A stretch of 64,000 nucleotides of DNA, taken from assembly GCA_000708835.1 (NCBI GenBank), contig DF237086.1, forward strand, positions 62,001-126,000. Direction: 5' to 3'. The notes beneath the pieces are model-generated. The model saw only the letters and a program-made list of their open reading frames with translations, searched no databases and was not told the origin of the DNA. Shown here piece by piece: positions 62,056 through 64,000 of the stretch (within the stretch, counting starts at the first letter, position 1; every line of letters begins with the position of its first letter). This DNA comes from Klebsormidium nitens (taxonomy: Eukaryota > Plantae > Klebsormidiophyceae). Both the position numbers and the translations under genes were made by a program.

Positions 62056-63747
62056 CTAAGAAGCCGGCTTACGGGTCGCGCCCGCTTGGCAGTGAACCTT
62101 GTGAGTTGGCCAGTGTAGCTTCTGGTGATCTTTGCTGCAGAGATAGATTTGCACCTCAATTGCTGAAGCTTGCAGAGGAAAAAGGCAAGATACTCACAAG
62201 ATACGCAAAGCAAAGTCAGGAGGTATCTCTGAGTAGAATTACCGCGTGCCAAGCGAATGCGTCAAAAACATTCGAGAACAAGGATTATCAACACGGGATG
62301 AACATTATGCCTCAGCAGGGGCAGGAGCACAGGGCGAGAAGTATGGCGTGAGAGAAAACGCGTCTAGCTCACTCATCAGGCGCATCTTCTCCTTGAACTA
62401 CCTTTGGGGATAGCTTAAGGCTCGAAGCGGCGGAGGATCAGCAGGGTTTCTATGATCCGATTACAGGCATTTATGCAAAACCTTGCCCTGTGCTTGACAG
62501 TTGCATTTAAAACCTACAGAGGCCGCTTGCGTGCGGAAAACTGAATTCTCCTTGCCACACTGACGCCGCGAATGCTCAACATATGAGCGAAGCCTCCCCG
62601 ATTCATCTCTGAAAACTTACCTGCAGTAACGTGATACTTGACAGATCGCGCACTTGCCAAACTTCTTCCCAATCACGGGCTCAGGGCCTGCCTTGCACAG
62701 CTTCCACGAGCAAACCACCGGAGTTCCAACTGCTTCGTGTCCAACACCTGTTTCCGCTCTGACCTTCCACTGCTCAGGGCAGCGCGGTTGCGTCATCATC
62801 GTCACCGGGTACTTTCGCAGCTTCGCTTCAATGTGTCGCCAAGGCTTGAAGGGCAGCTCTGAACAGTTGATCTTCTGCTTGTGGGGCTTGAAACCTGAGA
62901 GTGCATTGTGCACGCGCATCCTTTCTGCAGTGGCCTCCATCTCGAGTAAGTAGAGAAGGAGTGCAGTGCATCGCACGAACGGAGAGCCAATCCGTTTTGA
63001 TTCCTCTAGGGGCGAGGCTTCGTAGATTGCTGCAATCAGTTTGAGGAGGCCCCTCTCTAATGCCCAGAGCTGGCTGTCGGCGGCGAACGCAAGCGACGTC
63101 ACCAATCGAGTCATCCAAGCACGGACACCGAATGAATCTTCAGCAGGTAGCTTATTGAGGAAGTCCTGTGAAAGGAGAGGTCCAAGGTAGTCGAAAAGGC
63201 TTTGCTGCTCTGCAACTTCCCGCATCGCTTCTCGGAAGGCTTCTGAACCCCGTGCAAAGTTGGCCACAATTTGCAGAGGGGCCGTCATCATCACTCGAAA
63301 ATTGAGCTCTTCATATGTCTCTTCGCCTTTCTGAAGCAAGCGCGCTTCTTCGACGAACAAACCGGACAATTCGCGGTAGATCTTGCAAGCAGCCTGTCTT
63401 TCTTTTGCTCCTATTGCAGACAACCTCAAAGTTCTTTCAACAAAAACCTTGCTGGAAGAGAGATAGGCAAGCGCCGTACCGTAGACAACCATAAACTTAA
63501 ATGCTGTGAAGTCATCCTGGCGTGGAACCTGCCCGAGCGTGCCGATCCAAAGTTGATTCAAGACTACGCCCCCATGGTATGCTGTAATCTCTTGAGCAAT
63601 CCTCGCAAATCCAAGCTTCTTTCCTTCGCCCTCATTCATGACGAAGAAGCTTTGTAGAATCTCAACGCCTCTGTTGATTTCTTCAGGGACCTCCGAGCTC
63701 AGCAAGACCGCGCATCTCTTGATCAACTGATCGAAGTCCTCGTCCAT
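62056..63747 (-). CDS. MYND zinc-finger protein with helical (ARM-like) N-terminal region (401 aa, 2 exons)
   Basis: Exons 63747-62621 and 62134-62056 join to give CSWKLC...KFGKCAICQVSRYCSKDHQKLHWPTHKVHC, a complete MYND finger. Confidence 0.88.
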
Positions 63748-64000
63748 TTTGCTGTCCCACCGCCAGGCGCTATGAGAACTGTGGTGCAGAGTCTCTGCCG
63801 CTCGGAATCTGAGGCCGCTTCTCTGGTATGTGTAAGAAGCTACAGCAGATTCTGGGCTTCCAAATCAGCAACCTTCTGCAGCTTCGCTCATTGGATCATG
63901 TGTTCTTGCACTGCGCCTTACTCGCCTGAAGAATGATAATCCTTATTTGCGGCATGCTTCAAACGCTGGAGCAGCCAAATGTCAGCATTGCATGGGAGTC

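Noticed and set aside
61872-62351. 159-aa ORF with hydrophobic N-terminus
   Set aside because: Starts at TTG and overlaps the MYND last exon and 3' region in antisense.

Overview
Gene-dense, intron-rich eukaryotic nuclear DNA from a green plant lineage. GC3-rich exons, short GT/GC-AG introns and plant-type SAT, GLXI, APX-R and Tic56 homologues point to a streptophyte alga; Klebsormidium-like is my inference. I spliced 12 protein-coding genes by hand with phase-consistent exon chains. In order: an unknown single-pass membrane protein, serine acetyltransferase, ATP11/ATPAF1, ribosomal protein S16 with a long C-terminal tail, glyoxalase I, LSM2, a probable SLF2/FAM178 (SMC5/6 Nse6-like) protein, a coiled-coil protein of a family I associate with flagellated eukaryotes, a secreted APX-related heme peroxidase, an intronless BTB protein, a greatly extended Tic56 homologue and a MYND-finger protein. 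The most striking unexplained pattern is that introns of at least five genes hold decaying tandem copies of their own splice junctions. Acceptor plus exon-start copies lie upstream of the exon, and exon-end plus donor copies lie downstream, with unit lengths of about 110-225 bp, many at 128-154 bp. No rRNA, tRNA or CRISPR array was seen. Family assignments come from remembered motifs, not database searches. Regions 25.5-30.1 kb, 5.6-8.2 kb and 43.4-45.5 kb remain unresolved.
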